Assembly (NCBI GenBank): GCA_036394595.1
Contig: DASWEU010000124.1
Location: 1 to 60,126, forward strand
DNA from: Burkholderiales bacterium
GTDB lineage: Bacteria; Pseudomonadota; Gammaproteobacteria; Burkholderiales; SG8-39
Length of the DNA stretch: 60,126 bases
Direction of reading: 5' to 3'
The notes below the pieces were generated by a model. It did not search any database and was not told the DNA's origin. It saw only the letters and a program-made list of their open reading frames with translations. Each line of letters begins with the position of its first letter. Within the stretch, counting starts at the first letter, position 1. Below, in pieces: positions 7,382 to 17,908 of this stretch. The position numbers and the translations under genes were made by a program.

Positions 7382-8094
7382 GCGTCGCGCTCGTCACCGG
7401 CGGCAGCGCGGGCATCGGGCTGGCGGTTGTGAAAAGCCTGCTCGAGCGCGGCGATGAAGTCATTTCGCTCGACATTCAACCGGCCGGGGTTTCTCACCAG
7501 AACCTTCACCACATGAAGGTCGATCTGACGAAACCGGATGAAACAGAAAAAGCTTCTGCGAACCTGAAAAGCAAAAAAATCACCACCGTAATTCATAACG
7601 CCGGCGTCATCCGCCCTGCCCTGCTCCCCGATGTGAAGCTCGAGGACTTCGACGCGCTGGTGAACCTGCACCTCAAGGCGGCGATCACGCTGGTGCAGGC
7701 GGCGCTGCCGGCGATGAAGGCCGAAGGCTACGGCCGCGTGGTGCTGGTGTCCTCGCGCGCCGTGCTGGGATTGCCGACGCGCACCTCGTACTCGGCGACC
7801 AAGGCCGGCATGCTCGGCATGGCGCGCACCTGGGCGCTGGAGCTCGCGCCCTTGGGCATCACGGTCAACGTGGTGGCGCCCGGGCCGGTGCGCACGGCGA
7901 ATTTCCACAGCGTGATCCCCGAGGGCAGCGCGCAGGTCGAGAAGGTCGCGCAGGCCATCCCCGTGAAACGGCTGGGCGAGCCGGAGGATGCGGCACGCGC
8001 CGTGATGTTCTTCGCCGCGCGCGACGCGGGCTTCATCACCGGCCAAGTGCTCTATGTCTGCGGCGGCACCAGCGTCGGCACGCTGACGCTGTAA
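7378..8094 (+). CDS. SDR family oxidoreductase
   Basis: VTGGSAGIGLA dinucleotide-binding motif and YSATKAG catalytic motif. The GTG start overlaps the preceding stop (GTGA). Confidence 0.9.
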   Translation: MSVALVTGGSAGIGLAVVKSLLERGDEVISLDIQPAGVSHQNLHHMKVDLTKPDETEKASANLKSKKITTVIHNAGVIRPALLPDVKLEDFDALVNLHLKAAITLVQAALPAMKAEGYGRVVLVSSRAVLGLPTRTSYSATKAGMLGMARTWALELAPLGITVNVVAPGPVRTANFHSVIPEGSAQVEKVAQAIPVKRLGEPEDAARAVMFFAARDAGFITGQVLYVCGGTSVGTLTL

Positions 8095-8116
8095 TCGGAA
8101 CGCTGACGCTTAGGGC

Positions 8117-10249
<2,133 letters not shown>

Positions 10250-10268
10250 GTCACTAGAATACCAAGCA

Positions 10269-11174
10269 ATGGAACCCTGGTCTTTCGATTCGCAGGTCGA
10301 TCCGCAGGCGTTCGCCGCGCTCGGCTACGCGCTCAGCTCCGCCGGCATCGCCAAGCGCCAGCGCGAGTACCGCGAGGGCTGGTGGGCGCACGCCGAGCGC
10401 AGCAAGGCCTTCATCATGAACGCGGCGATACGCGCGCGCGGCCGCAAGCTGGCGGTGTTGCTGGGCGCGGGCAAGGCCTACGACCTGCCGCTCGCCGAGC
10501 TGGCGAAAGGCTTCGAGCGCATCGTGCTGGTCGACATCGACGCCGACGCGCTCGCCGCGACCATCGCCGCCGCCGTGCCCGAGGCGGCGCTGCGCCGCAA
10601 GTTCGAACCTTGCGCGATGGATCTCACCGGCGTTTGCGCTCGCCTGGCGCGCGAAATTCAATCGTCGAACTCCTATGAAGAGCTTTGCGCTTCCTACCGG
10701 CTGGCGAGCCCTCCCCGTCTCGTCCCCGGCGCGGAGCGCGCGGACCTGCTGGTCTCCGCGCTGGTGCTGACGCAGCTTGCGCTGCCGGCAAAGCTGCTGG
10801 CGCGCGACGTATACGAAAAAAAGCATGGCCCGGTCGGCCGCGGCCCGGAACCGGCCTGGGTGAAGGCCTTCGACCAGCTCGACTTGCGCATGCAGCAGGA
10901 TCACATCGACGCGCTGAACGGTCAGGCGGAGCTTGCGGTCCTGACCTCGGAAGTCATGCACCACATCACCCGCTTTGTCCCAGGCGGCGCCGATCGGCTG
11001 ACGGGCGAATCATGGTCGCTGATCGGCGCGGCGACGCTCGATGAGCGCGTATCGGCGTCACAGGAAATCGTGGCGAGCAGCAGTTGGGGCTGGCCGCGGA
11101 TCCGGGCGAACGCGCAGGGGCCGGGCGCGAGGATGGACGTCGGGGCGGTCGCGCTGCGCGCGCGCAGCGGCTAG
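10269..11174 (+). CDS. hypothetical protein with Rossmann/class-I-methyltransferase-like motifs
   Basis: 301-aa ORF with core-like GC. It contains AVLLGAGKAYDLPL...IVLVDIDADAL...ADLLVSALVLTQL, which resemble MTase motifs I/II/IV. No family recognised with certainty. Confidence 0.55.
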   Translation: MEPWSFDSQVDPQAFAALGYALSSAGIAKRQREYREGWWAHAERSKAFIMNAAIRARGRKLAVLLGAGKAYDLPLAELAKGFERIVLVDIDADALAATIAAAVPEAALRRKFEPCAMDLTGVCARLAREIQSSNSYEELCASYRLASPPRLVPGAERADLLVSALVLTQLALPAKLLARDVYEKKHGPVGRGPEPAWVKAFDQLDLRMQQDHIDALNGQAELAVLTSEVMHHITRFVPGGADRLTGESWSLIGAATLDERVSASQEIVASSSWGWPRIRANAQGPGARMDVGAVALRARSG

Positions 11175-11184
11175 ATCAGGATCT

Positions 11185-11271
11185 TGGTGCCCGGGGCAGG
11201 ATTTGAACCTGCACGGCCTTGCGGCCTGGGGATTTTAAGTCCCCTGTGTCTACCAGTTTCACCACCCAGGC
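11185..11271 (-). tRNA. tRNA-Leu (anticodon TAA)
   Basis: The reverse complement is GCCTGGGTGGTGAAACTGGTAGACACAGGGGACTTAAAATCCCC..long variable arm..GCAGGTTCAAATCCTGCCCCGGGCACCA. The acceptor stem pairs (one G-T) and CCA is encoded. Confidence 0.9.
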
Positions 11272-11303
11272 GGGCGGCTTACCTTAGCACTTCGCGGGAA
11301 TGC

Positions 11304-11377
11304 TGGAGGCGGGAGTCGGAATCGAACCGGCATTGACGGATTTGCAATCCGCTGCATAACCATTCTGCCATCCCGCC
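11304..11377 (-). tRNA. tRNA-Cys (anticodon GCA)
   Basis: The reverse complement is GGCGGGATGGCAGAATGGTTATGCAGCGGATTGCAAATCCGTCAATGCCGGTTCGATTCCGACTCCCGCCTCCA, a 74-nt cloverleaf with CCA encoded. Confidence 0.9.
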
Positions 11378-11433
11378 AGGGACGGGCCCTAAATGAAAAG
11401 GGAAGGCCTTGCGGACCTTCCCTTCGAGAATGC

Positions 11434-11509
11434 TGGAGCGGGAGACGAGTCTCGAACTCGCGACCTTAACGTTGGCAACGTTACGCTCTACCAACTGAGC
11501 TACTCCCGC
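11434..11509 (-). tRNA. tRNA-Gly (anticodon GCC)
   Basis: The reverse complement is GCGGGAGTAGCTCAGTTGGTAGAGCGTAACGTTGCCAACGTTAAGGTCGCGAGTTCGAGACTCGTCTCCCGCTCCA, close to the canonical bacterial tRNA-Gly(GCC). Confidence 0.9.
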
Positions 11510-11528
11510 GTACGCCCAAGGGGCCGGA

Positions 11529-12095
11529 TTATAAGGCATGCGGCAGCGCCTTGCGGAGGTAGTAAAGCATCGACGCGACCGTCAGCACCGCAGCGACATT
11601 GATCAACACGGTGCCGAGCCATTGGCAGTCGACCAGCCCGAAAAGCGAATCGTGAAATAGCAGCAAGGGGATGGCGACCAGCTGGCTCACGGTCTTCAGC
11701 TTGCCGACCAAGGCCACCGCCACGCTGCGCGATTGCCCCACCTTCGCCATCCACTCGCGCAGCGCCGAGATGGCGATTTCGCGCCCGACGATGATGAAGG
11801 CGACCACTGCCTCGACGCGCTCGAGCTGCAGCAGTACCAGCAGCGCGCCGGCCACGATCAGCTTGTCGGCCACCGGGTCGAGGAAGGCGCCAAACGCCGA
11901 CATCTGGTTCAGGCGCCGCGCGAGATAGCCGTCGAGCCAGTCGGTGACCGCGGCGAGGATGAATACCGTGGTGGCGAACAGGTTCTTCTCGTGCAGCCCG
12001 AGCCATTCGTACGGCACGTAGTAGACGCCGATGATCAGCGGGATCAGCACGATGCGCGACAGCGTGACGAGATTCGGGACGTTGAGCGGCGTCAC
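11529..12095 (-). CDS. pgsA: CDP-diacylglycerol--glycerol-3-phosphate 3-phosphatidyltransferase
   Basis: CDP-alcohol phosphatidyltransferase motif DWLDGYLARRLNQMSAFGAFLDPVADK. The GTG start overlaps the uvrC stop (GTGA). It sits in the position between uvrC and the tRNA array. Confidence 0.9.
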   Translation of the reverse strand: MTPLNVPNLVTLSRIVLIPLIIGVYYVPYEWLGLHEKNLFATTVFILAAVTDWLDGYLARRLNQMSAFGAFLDPVADKLIVAGALLVLLQLERVEAVVAFIIVGREIAISALREWMAKVGQSRSVAVALVGKLKTVSQLVAIPLLLFHDSLFGLVDCQWLGTVLINVAAVLTVASMLYYLRKALPHAL

Positions 12096-13864
12096 GCGGC
12101 CTCGTGCAGGTGGCGGTAGATGCGCTCGGCGAGCGGCCGGCTGATGCCGGCGACGCGCGCGATCTCGTCGATCGCGGCGGCCTGCACCTCGCGCAGGCCG
12201 CCGAAGTGCTCGATCAGCGCCTGGCGGCGCTTGGCGCCGATGCCGGGAATTTCGGTCAGCATCGAAGTAGTGCGCGTCTTGCCGCGGCGTGCGCGGTGGC
12301 CGACGAGGGCGAAGCGGTGCGCTTCGTCTCGGATCGCCTGGATCAGGTGCAGCCCCATGTGGGTGGGTTCCAGGCGCAACACGCGCGATTCCGACTCGAT
12401 CACCAGCTCTTCCAGCCCGGGCTTGCGCTCCGGGCCCTTGGCAACACCGACCACCATCGCCTGGTGCAGGCCCAGTTCGACGAGGGCGGCACGCGCCGCG
12501 CTCACCTGCCCCTTGCCGCCGTCGATCAGGATCAGGTCGGGGATTTTCCCGGCCTCTGCGCTGATGCGCTCGTAGCGACGCGAGAGTACCTGGCGCATCG
12601 CCGCGTAGTCGTCGCCGGGCGTGATGTCGCGGATGTTGAAGCGGCGATATTCGCTTTTCTGCATCTGCTGGCGATCATAGACCACGCAGGAGGCGACCGC
12701 CGCCTCGCCCATGGTGTGGCTGATGTCGAAGCACTCGATGCGGCCGGCGCCCTCGGGCAGGCCGAGGGCGTCGCGCAGCGCCGCCAGGCGCGCGTCCTGC
12801 GTGGCGCGATCGCGCACGCGCTGCCCGATCGCCAGCCGGGCGTTCTTTTCCGCCATGTCCACCCAGACGCGCTTTTGGCCTTGCGCGGGCTGAATGGCTT
12901 TCTGATTTTCCAGTTCGATAGCCTCATTGGTATAGACAACGGGCGGCATCGGTTGATCGACGTAGTGCTGCTCGAGGAACGCGCTGATCACCTCCCCCGC
13001 CGCCGCGCCGTCGGCGTTGGCCGGAAAGAAGCTGCGGTCGCCGACATGGCGCCCGCCGCGGATCATCACCAGGTTGACGCAGGCGATGCCGTCCTCGATG
13101 GCGCAGGCGACGACGTCGGCCTCGACGCCGCGCTCCGACTCGACGTACTGGCGCGCCTGCACGCGGGAGAGCGCGCGCACCTGGTCGCGGTAGGCGGCGG
13201 CCTCTTCATAGCGTTCGGCTTCGGACGAGGCCTGCATCTTCAGATGCAGCTTTTTCACCACGTCGTCCTCGTGGCCCTCCAGGAACAAGATGGCGTGGGC
13301 GACATCCTCGGCATAGTGCTCGGCCGTGATCTTTCCGGTGCAGGGCGCGGTGCAGCGCTCGATCTGGTGCAGCAGGCAGGGGCGCGAGCGGTTCTCGTAG
13401 ACCGTGTCCTCGCAGGTGCGCAGGCGGAATACGCGCTGCAGCAGTTGGATGCTCTCGCGCACCGCATGCGCGTCGGGAAACGGCCCGAAGTAGCGGTCGC
13501 GGGCTTCCTTGGCGCCGCGGTGGAATGTCAGGCGCGGAAAGCGGTGCCCGGTCACGGCCAGGTAGGGATAGGACTTGTCGTCGCGGAACAGGATGTTGTA
13601 GCGTGGCGCGAGGCTCTTGATGTAGTTGTTCTCGAGCAGCAGCGCCTCGGCCTCCGAGCGCGTCGCGGTGACCTCCACCGAGGCCACCTGGCCGAGCATC
13701 ATGCGGATGCGCGGGCTCTGGCCGGTCTTCTGGAAGTAGGACGAGACGCGCTTCTTCAGGTCGCGCGCCTTGCCGACGTACAGCGCGGCGCCGTCCGCGG
13801 CCAGCATGCGGTACACCCCCGGCAGGCCGGGCAGCCCGGCGACGAAGGCCTTGGGATCAAACAC
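12092..13864 (-). CDS. uvrC: excinuclease ABC subunit C
   Basis: GIY-YIG N-terminus (GVYRMLAADGAALYVGKARDLKKRVSSYF) and a C-terminal (HhH)2 domain. The start is placed at GTG 13864 (MFDPKAFVAGLPG, which parallels the E. coli N-terminus). The ORF-track ATG at 14002 would overlap efp by 93 nt. Confidence 0.85.
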   Translation of the reverse strand: MFDPKAFVAGLPGLPGVYRMLAADGAALYVGKARDLKKRVSSYFQKTGQSPRIRMMLGQVASVEVTATRSEAEALLLENNYIKSLAPRYNILFRDDKSYPYLAVTGHRFPRLTFHRGAKEARDRYFGPFPDAHAVRESIQLLQRVFRLRTCEDTVYENRSRPCLLHQIERCTAPCTGKITAEHYAEDVAHAILFLEGHEDDVVKKLHLKMQASSEAERYEEAAAYRDQVRALSRVQARQYVESERGVEADVVACAIEDGIACVNLVMIRGGRHVGDRSFFPANADGAAAGEVISAFLEQHYVDQPMPPVVYTNEAIELENQKAIQPAQGQKRVWVDMAEKNARLAIGQRVRDRATQDARLAALRDALGLPEGAGRIECFDISHTMGEAAVASCVVYDRQQMQKSEYRRFNIRDITPGDDYAAMRQVLSRRYERISAEAGKIPDLILIDGGKGQVSAARAALVELGLHQAMVVGVAKGPERKPGLEELVIESESRVLRLEPTHMGLHLIQAIRDEAHRFALVGHRARRGKTRTTSMLTEIPGIGAKRRQALIEHFGGLREVQAAAIDEIARVAGISRPLAERIYRHLHEAA

Positions 13865-13873
13865 GATTAATCC

Positions 13874-13881
13874 ATTATAAT
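13874..13881. promoter_or_regulatory. palindromic ATTATAAT (-10-like on both strands) in the 45-bp uvrC/efp divergent spacer
   Basis: ATTATAAT reads as TATAAT on both strands. It is embedded in the only AT-rich patch (GATTAATCCATTATAATTC) between the two divergent starts. No good -35 was seen. Confidence 0.35.
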
Positions 13882-13909
13882 TCGCGCCCTTTTCCGAGCG
13901 GCGAAGTTC

Positions 13910-14476
13910 ATGGCCAAAGTCGAAGCAGTTGGAATCCGTCCCGGCCAACTCCTGGAGTGGGACAAGCGCGTCTGGCGCGTGCTCAAGTCCTACCACGTGC
14001 ACGTCGGCGGCCGCGGCGGCGCCTTCATGCAGGTCGAGATGAAGGACATCGAGACCGGCACCAAGACCAACCAGCGCTTCCGCACCGAGGACAAGGTCGA
14101 GCGCGCCTACGTCGACCCGCGCGACATGCAGTACCTGTACCAGGACGGCGATTCCTACGTTTTCATGGACAAGGAGAACTTCGAGCAGCTGTCGCTGCCG
14201 GGGGACTTCCTCGAGGGTCAGTCGGGCTACCTGCTGCCCAACACCGACGTGCTGATCAACTTCTACAACGGCCGTGCCATCGGCGTCGAGCTGCCCCCCA
14301 ACGTGGTCCTGACCGTGGCCGACACCGAGCCCGGCATCAAGAATTCAACCGCCACCAACTCCTTCAAGCCGGCGCTGATGGAAACGGGCCTCACGGTGCA
14401 GGTGCCGCCCTTCATCAACAAGGGCGAGAAGATCAAGATCGACACCGCCGAAGGCACGTACATGGAGCGCGCGTAG
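13910..14476 (+). CDS. efp: elongation factor P (Arg at the tip of the modified loop)
   Basis: Full-length EF-P pattern (IRPGQ..., GGRGGAFMQVEMKD, three-domain length of 188 aa). The loop residue is R35 (codon 14012-14014) instead of Lys. Confidence 0.9.
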   Translation: MAKVEAVGIRPGQLLEWDKRVWRVLKSYHVHVGGRGGAFMQVEMKDIETGTKTNQRFRTEDKVERAYVDPRDMQYLYQDGDSYVFMDKENFEQLSLPGDFLEGQSGYLLPNTDVLINFYNGRAIGVELPPNVVLTVADTEPGIKNSTATNSFKPALMETGLTVQVPPFINKGEKIKIDTAEGTYMERA

Positions 14477-14598
14477 CAGCCTTCGCGCGTTCCTCTTGCT
14501 GCGCTGCGGATCCCCTTCTCTTGCCGTGCAGGTGGGCGTAAGCTGAATCGCCGGTCCTTTTCCGGTATCCGTTCGATTCCTCTGGGGAGGGGAATTCC

Positions 14599-14991
14599 AT
14601 GAAATCTCAAGCCAAGTTGGCAGTTGCGGTCGTTTCTGCGTTCGCTCTCGGTGGCGCCGTGGTGGAAGGCCTGCATGCGCAGGCGAAAGCCAAGCCCGCG
14701 GTCTACGCGGTCACGGAAATCGATGTGAAGAACATGGACGCGTACATGAAGGAATACGCGCCCAAGGCGCAGGCGCTGATCAAGAAGTCCGGTGGGCGGC
14801 TGGTCGCTGCCAGCTCGAGCCCCAGCACGATCGAGGGCAAAGCGCCCGCGCCGCGGGTCGCCATCCAGATCTGGAAGGACATGGACCAGTACAAGGCCTA
14901 TCGGAATTCGGCAGAACTCAAGGACGTCCGCGCCATCGGCAACAAGTACGCAAGCTTCCGCACCTTCGCCGTCGAGGCGCTACCGCAGTAG
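14599..14991 (+). CDS. DUF1330 domain protein with N-terminal signal peptide
   Basis: Signal-like MKSQAKLAVAVVSAFALGGAVVEGLHAQA, followed by a DUF1330-like body (YAVTEIDVKNMDAYMKEYAPKAQALIKKSGGR..IQIWKDMDQYKAY). Confidence 0.7.
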   Translation: MKSQAKLAVAVVSAFALGGAVVEGLHAQAKAKPAVYAVTEIDVKNMDAYMKEYAPKAQALIKKSGGRLVAASSSPSTIEGKAPAPRVAIQIWKDMDQYKAYRNSAELKDVRAIGNKYASFRTFAVEALPQ

Positions 14992-15016
14992 CGCGCTTCA
15001 CGCGCAATCGCATCGA

Positions 15017-15043
15017 GGCCGCCTGCGGGCGGCCTTTCTGTTT
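15017..15043 (+). terminator. rho-independent terminator after the DUF1330 gene
   Basis: GGCCGCC-TGCG-GGCGGCC followed by TTTCTGTTT. It overlaps the convergent nagZ stop codon. Confidence 0.7.
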
Positions 15044-16064
15044 ACGCCAGCATTGCCATCGCTTCGAGCGCTTCACGATAGGCCACGCTCTTGCGCAGAT
15101 CGCGGCCGCCCTGCTTTCTCATGCGGTCCAGCCTTTCGGGTTTCACCAGAGAAATTTCTTTCAAAGACCGAAGCAGCAAGTCCTGGCCCTTCGGGTCATT
15201 GCAAAGCAGGACCATGTCGCAGCCGGCGTCCAGCGCCGCCCGCGCCCGCTCCGGTATTCCGCCCGCCGTCCCCGCCCCCTTCATCGACAGGTCGTCGCTG
15301 AAGATCAGCCCGCCGAAGCCGAGTTTGCCGCGCAGGACTTCCTGCAGCCAGAACTTCGAGTAGCCCGACGGCTCCGGGTCGACTTCGCTATAGACGACGT
15401 GGGCCGGCATCACCCCGGCCAGCCCCGCCTCGATCGCCGCGCGATACGGAAGGATGTCCTTTCTCGCAATGTCGTTGAACGATCGCTTGTCGAGCGGCAG
15501 TTCCGCGTGCGAGTCCGCGGCGGCAAACCCATGCCCCGGGAAATGCTTGCCCACGGCCGCCATGCCTGCGGCGGCGAAGCCCTTGACCAGCGCGGCGCCG
15601 AGCGCGCCGACCGCGATTGGGTCGAAGTGCAGCGCGCGATCGCCGATCACCTCGCTCGCGCCGAAATCGAGATCCAGCACCGGCGCGAAGCTGAAATCGA
15701 CACCGCTCGCGCCGAGCTCCGCGCCGATGATGTAGCCGGCGGATTGCGCCAGCTCCAGCGCCAGCTTCCGGTCGCGGTCCCAATAACGACCCAGCAGGCG
15801 CATCGGCGGGATTGCAGTGAAGCCGTCCCGGAAGCGCTGCACCCTGCCCCCTTCGTGGTCGACGCAGATCGGAAGCTCAGGTTCACGTATTTTCTTGATT
15901 TGATCGGTAAGGAATTGAAGTTGCTCTATATTCTCGTAGTTACGCGAGAATAAAATGACCGCTCCGGCCGCCTGCTGACCGAGGCGCTCGCGGTCCTCGT
16001 CGGTGAGCGCGGTACCCAGCACGTCGACCACGGCCGGGCCCGGCGCCAGCCTTACTTTTCGCAT
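15042..16064 (-). CDS. nagZ: beta-N-acetylhexosaminidase
   Basis: GH3 NagZ pattern (VDHEGGRVQRF, KHFPGHG, IFSDDLSM). The start is placed at ATG 16064 ([10 protein letters not shown]) and overlaps the acpS end by 13 nt. Confidence 0.85.
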   Translation of the reverse strand: MRKVRLAPGPAVVDVLGTALTDEDRERLGQQAAGAVILFSRNYENIEQLQFLTDQIKKIREPELPICVDHEGGRVQRFRDGFTAIPPMRLLGRYWDRDRKLALELAQSAGYIIGAELGASGVDFSFAPVLDLDFGASEVIGDRALHFDPIAVGALGAALVKGFAAAGMAAVGKHFPGHGFAAADSHAELPLDKRSFNDIARKDILPYRAAIEAGLAGVMPAHVVYSEVDPEPSGYSKFWLQEVLRGKLGFGGLIFSDDLSMKGAGTAGGIPERARAALDAGCDMVLLCNDPKGQDLLLRSLKEISLVKPERLDRMRKQGGRDLRKSVAYREALEAMAMLA

Positions 16065-16435
16065 TCCAGGATGACGGTGGCGAAGGCGATGCCGCGCTCG
16101 TCGGAGAGGGACAAGTGGCTGCTGGAGATTTTTCTCTTCCTCATCAGCTGTTTCAGCTTTCCAGTGAAATTCAGGACCGGTTTCCCCGACGGCAGATTGG
16201 TGACCCACACCCCGTGCCAGTTCGCCGGCGCGCGGATGCCGGTGCCAAGCGCCTTGGTGAAGGCTTCCTTCGCGGCGAAGCGCTTGGCCAAGTAATTGGC
16301 TTTCAGTTTGTGTTTCTCGAAACGCTGTAATTCAGGCGGGCAAAGGATTCTTCGGGCAAACCGGTCGCCGAACCGCGCCAGCGCTTTTTCGATCCGCCCT
16401 ACTTCGACCACGTCGGTGCCCACGCCGTAAATCAC
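16052..16435 (-). CDS. acpS: holo-[acyl-carrier-protein] synthase
   Basis: [15 protein letters not shown]-terminus and [14 protein letters not shown] motif. The GTG start overlaps the pdxJ stop. Confidence 0.9.
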   Translation of the reverse strand: MIYGVGTDVVEVGRIEKALARFGDRFARRILCPPELQRFEKHKLKANYLAKRFAAKEAFTKALGTGIRAPANWHGVWVTNLPSGKPVLNFTGKLKQLMRKRKISSSHLSLSDERGIAFATVILECEK

Positions 16436-17178
16436 CGCGCGGCGTCCGTGATCAGGCGCTTCATCTCCCGCACCGCCTCGCGCATGCCGACGAACAGTGC
16501 GCGCGACACGATGGCGTGGCCGATGTGCAGCTCCCTTACCCCCGGCAGGCGGGCGACCGGCTCGACGTTGAAGTAGTTGAGGGCGTGCCCGGCGTTGAAG
16601 CGCATGCCGAGCGCGCGGATCCTCTCGCCGGCTTTCTGAATTTTTCTTAATTGAGAAACGACCGCAGGGCTTTCGGCTTCCCTGCCCTTGGCGTGAAAGG
16701 CATGCGCGTAGGGACCCGTATGCACTTCGCAGACCGCTGCGCCAATGCGCTTCGCCGCCTCTACCTGCCGGCTATCGGCGTCGATGAACACGGACACGAC
16801 GATGCCGGCATCTCGAAGTTTCTCCACGGTTTTCTTCAAATTCTTTTCCTTAGAAGAAACATCAAGGCCTCCCTCTGTCGTCACCTCGTGCCGTCCTTCC
16901 GGCACCAGCATCGCCATCTCGGGGCGGATGCGTCGCGCGATCGCCACCATCTCGGCGGTCGCCGCCATTTCGAGGTTGAGCTTGATGTGCGTGAGCTCCC
17001 GCAGCCGCGCCACGTCGCGGTCCTGGATGTGGCGCCGGTCCTCGCGCAGGTGCACGGTGATGCCGTCGGCGCCGCCGAGGTGCGCCTCGACCGCGGCCCA
17101 GACCGGATCGGGCTCGTAGGTGCGGCGCGCCTGGCGCACCGTCGCCACGTGGTCCACGTTGACGCCCAGTTCGATCAT
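16432..17178 (-). CDS. pdxJ: pyridoxine 5'-phosphate synthase
   Basis: [27 protein letters not shown] and HIGHAIV motifs. Confidence 0.92.
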   Translation of the reverse strand: MIELGVNVDHVATVRQARRTYEPDPVWAAVEAHLGGADGITVHLREDRRHIQDRDVARLRELTHIKLNLEMAATAEMVAIARRIRPEMAMLVPEGRHEVTTEGGLDVSSKEKNLKKTVEKLRDAGIVVSVFIDADSRQVEAAKRIGAAVCEVHTGPYAHAFHAKGREAESPAVVSQLRKIQKAGERIRALGMRFNAGHALNYFNVEPVARLPGVRELHIGHAIVSRALFVGMREAVREMKRLITDAAR

Positions 17179-17185
17179 GTCCGGC

Positions 17186-17896
17186 TCAAAGCTCGTTCAG
17201 CTCCATCAAAACCGATCTTGTGTGCAGCACCTGCCCGTGCAGGCGCTGCGCGATGAGGGTGCGCATCAGCAGCCTCGCCTCGTCGCGCGTCTGCGGCCTG
17301 GTGTAGTCGTCGGCGGCCATGTCCAGCAGCGTCCGGCCGCTGACCGCCAGCTCGCCGTTGCGCGAAGCGACCGGCCCGCGATCCGGCTCGTAGCCGTAGC
17401 GCCGGTCAGGCTCGACCGGCGCCCCCGAAGACGCGTCGCGCTCGAGCAGGGGAGCATACCCGAGCTCGGCCAGCATGCGCCGCTCGAAGGTACGCAGTAC
17501 CGGCGAGTGGTCTTCCTTCGCCGACAGGCGCGCCAGCGCCTCGCCGTAGAAGTCGAACAACCCTTCATGCGCGTCCTCGCGCGGCAGCAGCCGCAGCAGC
17601 AGCTCGTTCAGGTAGAAGCCGCACATCAGCCCTCGCCCGGCGAGCGGATTGAGCGCCCCCGACCATTCGGCGCCTGCCAGCGTGCGCAGCTCCGCCGCGC
17701 CGCTCCAGGACAAGCGCAGCGGGTGGAAGGCGAGCAGCACGCCGCGCATGGCGGAGCGCGGCCGGCGCGCGCCGCGCGCCAGCAGCGATACGCGTCCGAC
17801 GCGGCGCGTGAACGCCTCGACGATCAGGCTGGATTCCTTGTAAGCGTAGGTATGCAGCACATACCCTGCCTCGTGGTCCGCACGCTGTCTACGCAT
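17186..17896 (-). CDS. recO: DNA repair protein RecO
   Basis: [22 protein letters not shown]-terminal OB-fold pattern, with the conserved position between era and pdxJ. Confidence 0.85.
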   Translation of the reverse strand: MRRQRADHEAGYVLHTYAYKESSLIVEAFTRRVGRVSLLARGARRPRSAMRGVLLAFHPLRLSWSGAAELRTLAGAEWSGALNPLAGRGLMCGFYLNELLLRLLPREDAHEGLFDFYGEALARLSAKEDHSPVLRTFERRMLAELGYAPLLERDASSGAPVEPDRRYGYEPDRGPVASRNGELAVSGRTLLDMAADDYTRPQTRDEARLLMRTLIAQRLHGQVLHTRSVLMELNEL

Positions 17897-17908
17897 GCCA
17901 CCTACTCC

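Noticed and set aside
11175-11530. tRNA Gly-Cys-Leu array, and tRNA-Asn at 42972-43047, considered as integration sites of genomic islands.
   Set aside because: No integrase, no duplicated tRNA 3' fragment or direct repeat, and no GC drop were seen next to either locus. The flanking genes look native.
11279-11602. ORFs of 86 aa (minus) and 69 aa (plus) over the tRNA cluster.
   Set aside because: They overlap three well-formed tRNA genes and are artefacts of ORF calling.
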